Assembly (NCBI GenBank): GCA_963743425.1
Contig: CAVUPU010000001.1
Location: 32,150 to 96,149 of the forward strand
DNA length: 64,000 nucleotides
Origin: an uncultured Acidobacteriota bacterium
GTDB lineage: Bacteria; Acidobacteriota; Blastocatellia; RBC074
Direction of reading: 5' to 3'
Part shown: in pieces, positions 61,632 through 64,000 of the stretch
Layout: each line of letters opens with the position of its first letter
Numbering within the stretch: the stretch's first letter is position 1
Translations under genes and position numbers: made by a program
The notes under the pieces: model-generated
Database searches by the model: none
Told to the model about the DNA's origin: nothing
The model's input: only the letters and a program-made list of their open reading frames with translations

Positions 61632-62770
61632 TTATTTTCCAGGTACTCCCTACGTGATCTTTGAAGTGATAGCAGCATTGAAGGTTAGCAGTTCTCTGAG
61701 CGTCCAGGGATGATCAGTTAGCCCGGCAGCTTGTGCAGGCGTCTTGCCTTTCAATGAACCGTGCTCCCGGCACAGATTGTAGTAGCTCTTGAAGAGCTGC
61801 GCCTGCGTGTCAATCGCTGTCCGGCGCTTGGCGAAACTGCGTGTCTTACGATGCAGCGGCACGACGTGTTGGCGAACCGTCCCGTTGAGCCGTTCCAAGA
61901 GCGAGGTCGAGATTTGCTTGAGTGGAATCAACTCCGCTACACCGAAGACCACCCGACGGGTCACTGATAGCAGACGCCGCCCCGCGCGCTGTTTGATAAC
62001 TTGCCCGTAACGCACTCGCGGGTCAGGCACGACCTGTGACTCTTTCGGACGGCCTGGCCTCTTGCCCTTGATGAAGTGAATCAAGACAGCAAAGACCACT
62101 GTCAGCGCAAACAGGTATGGCTCCCATCCATCGCTTGACCACAAGGGCCAGCAATCAGGAGCCAGCCTGCGGGCTGCGCCTTCGACCAATTTCGTCGCCG
62201 ATTCTTGCGTGCGTGGGCCGACGACGACTTCGAGCATCAGGCGCGATTCGCGCGCCATGGCGATGTGCGTCCAATGTTGGCCGACCTCTTCCAGGTTGCC
62301 CTCTTGCTCATCAGGATGCTTCTCGCCGGCGAAGCCGTGAAGTTCATCCAGTTCGACATTGTCTGTCGAGACATTGGTGATGACCTTCTTATCGGCAGAG
62401 CGGGCCTGATCACGGCCTCGCTCCACCCACCGCTGTACGGTTGTGGGATGGACGCCTTCAATGCGAGCCACCGCCTCGGGGCACAAGCCTTCAAGCTCCT
62501 GATGGATGGCGCGTTGGACTTTCTCTTCCGGAGTTTTCAGGTCGTAGAAAGCCGTGCCGTAACGATCGCAGAAGGTTCCCTTGTGCTGCTTGCATCGGAT
62601 GACCCACACCACCTGACCGCTCTTGAGTGTATAGCGGCTATGATAAGCTAGCCGCTCGGCAGGCGCTCCACAATGTGGGCACTGCCCGGTAAGGGGTTTT
62701 GTTTGGATCATGTCAACCCGAACTTACCCTTTACCGCTCAATCATTTCAAAGATCAGCTACGGAGTACCG
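61632..62770 (-). mobile_element. IS1-family-like insertion sequence (~1.14 kb) with 23-bp terminal inverted repeats GGTACTCCSTASSTGATCTTTGA
   Basis: The terminal repeats at 61632-61654 and 62748-62770 match at 20 of 23 positions. It has a single transposase ORF. Confidence 0.7.
61650..62711 (-). CDS. DDE transposase, IS1-family-like (zinc-finger/HTH N-terminus)
   Basis: CPHCGA zinc ribbon. HTH (HPTTVQRWV). DELHGF...WTHIAMARESRLML...GPRT...SSDGWEPY catalytic region. C-terminal ...KGKTPAQAAGLTDHPWTLREL. Confidence 0.65.
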   Translation of the reverse strand: MIQTKPLTGQCPHCGAPAERLAYHSRYTLKSGQVVWVIRCKQHKGTFCDRYGTAFYDLKTPEEKVQRAIHQELEGLCPEAVARIEGVHPTTVQRWVERGRDQARSADKKVITNVSTDNVELDELHGFAGEKHPDEQEGNLEEVGQHWTHIAMARESRLMLEVVVGPRTQESATKLVEGAARRLAPDCWPLWSSDGWEPYLFALTVVFAVLIHFIKGKRPGRPKESQVVPDPRVRYGQVIKQRAGRRLLSVTRRVVFGVAELIPLKQISTSLLERLNGTVRQHVVPLHRKTRSFAKRRTAIDTQAQLFKSYYNLCREHGSLKGKTPAQAAGLTDHPWTLRELLTFNAAITSKIT

Positions 62771-63305
62771 ATGAACCGATGGTCCTGCTCGATGAGGTTG
62801 TTGAGATATTTACATCGTCGCAGTTGAGTGCGGCTGGGGAGGTTTCCTTCTTCCTTCAATAGCTCGACCGCCGGCGGATAGGCTGGATTCTTATCGACGT
62901 TGATCACTCGCGGAGATGAGTGCGATGCGGCCTTGAGCATCTTGCGGAAGAACCGTTTGGCGGCCCTCGCATCTCTTTTCGCGCTCAACATGAAATCGAT
63001 CGTTTGCCCCCTCGAATGACGGCGCGGTAGAGATACTTCCACTCACCTTTGATTTTGACGTAGGTCTCATCGACGCGGTAGGAGTCGTTGGTCGGCCGCA
63101 GGTGAGGACGAATTCTTTTCTCTAACTCCGGAGCATAAGCCTGAACCCACCGGTAAATCGTCGTGTGATCAACTGATAGGCCGCGTTCATTCATCATTTC
63201 TTCGAGGTCGCGATAGCTGAGGGCGTAGCGCAGATACCAGCGCACGCAGAGAAGGATGATCTCGGACTCATAGTGACGCCACTTGAAGAGATCGGTTTCG
63301 GCCAC
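62771..63305 (-). pseudogene. IS6-family (IS26-like) transposase, frameshifted at ~63000 and truncated C-terminally by the IS1-like insertion
   Basis: WRHYESEIILLCVRWYLRYALSYRDLEEMMNERGLSVDHTTIYRWVQAYAPELEKR...DETYVKIKGEWKYLYRAV, then ...VINVDKNPAYPPAV...NNLIEQDHRFI in a second frame. Confidence 0.75.
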
Positions 63306-63348
63306 AGGCAGACCTCCGAGGAAGATTCAGGATCGGGACAGTCTACCA

Positions 63349-63747
63349 TCATTGATGCGAGACATACGTTTTTTGCAACACAACCTTTATCCGCGCCGCA
63401 AGTTGCCGCGCCACTTCCGCGAGCGTTCGCCCCGCTTTGAGCTCCAACCAGTAATGATCCGCGCCCCGAACGAAGACCGCGCCCGCGTATCCGGTGTTGC
63501 GCCCTTCAAACTCCAACGGCATAATCCCCACGTAGACGTTGTAATTCGGTTTGGACGACACGAGCGCCACGTTTCTGAAGCGCCGCAATTCCGCCTTGAC
63601 CAGCCTGTGAAATTCCGCCGACACGTCGGTTTGTTGATCCTTTTCCGTAACAATTCGCACCTTGACCAACTCCACCACCGCTGGCCTATCCTGCGCCATC
63701 ACCGACGCAGGCAGAATCAAAAACAAAATCAGTAACATGGTTTTCAT
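63349..63747 (-). CDS. small secreted hypothetical protein whose last codons are supplied by the IS6 terminal repeat (3' end probably disrupted by the insertion)
   Basis: Signal peptide MKTMLLILFLILPASVMA. The stop lies inside or adjacent to the IS6 inverted repeat at 63369-63385. Confidence 0.45.
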   Translation of the reverse strand: MKTMLLILFLILPASVMAQDRPAVVELVKVRIVTEKDQQTDVSAEFHRLVKAELRRFRNVALVSSKPNYNVYVGIMPLEFEGRNTGYAGAVFVRGADHYWLELKAGRTLAEVARQLAARIKVVLQKTYVSHQ

Positions 63748-64000
63748 AGTTATTTCCTCCTTCTCTGCTATCTGCGCACGCTTTCTGTCCCTATCGGTGA
63801 GGCGGATTATTATAGGGACAGAAAGCGTGCGCAGAAAATTGTGATAAGCTCACCCATTCACGCGGATAAGCCCAGGCAGCTACACATAGTTCCGTACCAG
63901 CACAGCAATTTTGTCTAACGATATTCTCCTTGCTGTCCATACGCCGTAAAAAATGTTATTGAGCGCGCCGCCTCGGTATACGGTCACCGCGAGATCTGTC

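Larger units (their letters stand above)
61150..63385. mobile_element. composite mobile-element region bounded by IS6-type terminal inverted repeats GGTTGTGTTGCAAAAAA (61150-61166, and 63369-63385 in inverse orientation)
   Basis: Identical 17-mers in inverted orientation. The IS6 transposase fragments lie at the 63305 end. The interior holds an IS1-like element and a group II intron remnant. The flanks are not identical, so no simple target-site duplication is evident. Confidence 0.55.

Overview
The window is high-GC bacterial chromosomal DNA, most plausibly from an Acidobacteriota genome. The main evidence for that placement is four paralogs of the large MacB-like ADOP-family permeases, which share the N-terminal leader [22 protein letters not shown]. 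Content in order: (i) a frameshifted secreted beta-propeller gene; (ii) a DUF4258-like/MqsA-like toxin-antitoxin pair; (iii) a compact proteostasis island of hsp20, clpB, grpE, groEL and a clpA/C-like gene, without dnaK, dnaJ or groES, and with no CIRCE/HAIR element (CIRCE checked upstream of groEL; HAIR compared only upstream of hsp20); (iv) an aminotransferase and an SDR; (v) ADOP permease paralogs whose 3' ends run straight into inverted heptamer tandem arrays; (vi) a co-directional periplasmic redox cluster of hexaheme cytochrome c, PQQ dehydrogenase, di-heme cytochrome c peroxidase, VOC, a Tat-amidohydrolase and a cytochrome c/Cu-monooxygenase-like fusion; (vii) a frameshifted giant NAD-glutamate dehydrogenase, a DUF5916 outer-membrane protein and an S41 peptidase; (viii) a BlaI/BlaR1-like pair in which BlaR1 carries a PepSY C-terminus; (ix) an ABC exporter, an ECF sigma, a Ser/Thr kinase, OMP beta-barrels and a BNR protein; (x) a nested mobile-element graveyard bounded by IS6-type inverted repeats, holding an IS1-like element and a group II intron 3' remnant (domain V plus the HNH fragment of the intron protein). 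The most unusual recurring signal is a set of intergenic structured repeats. One class is inverted arrays of 7-9 bp tandem repeats. The other is a family of perfect 60-90 bp hairpins with GTAC-type termini. They fill nearly every intergenic gap in the heat-shock, ADOP and redox clusters. Many apparent +1/-1 frameshifts at short homopolymers suggest assembly indel errors, so the pseudogene calls are tentative. I found no rRNA, tRNA or CRISPR.
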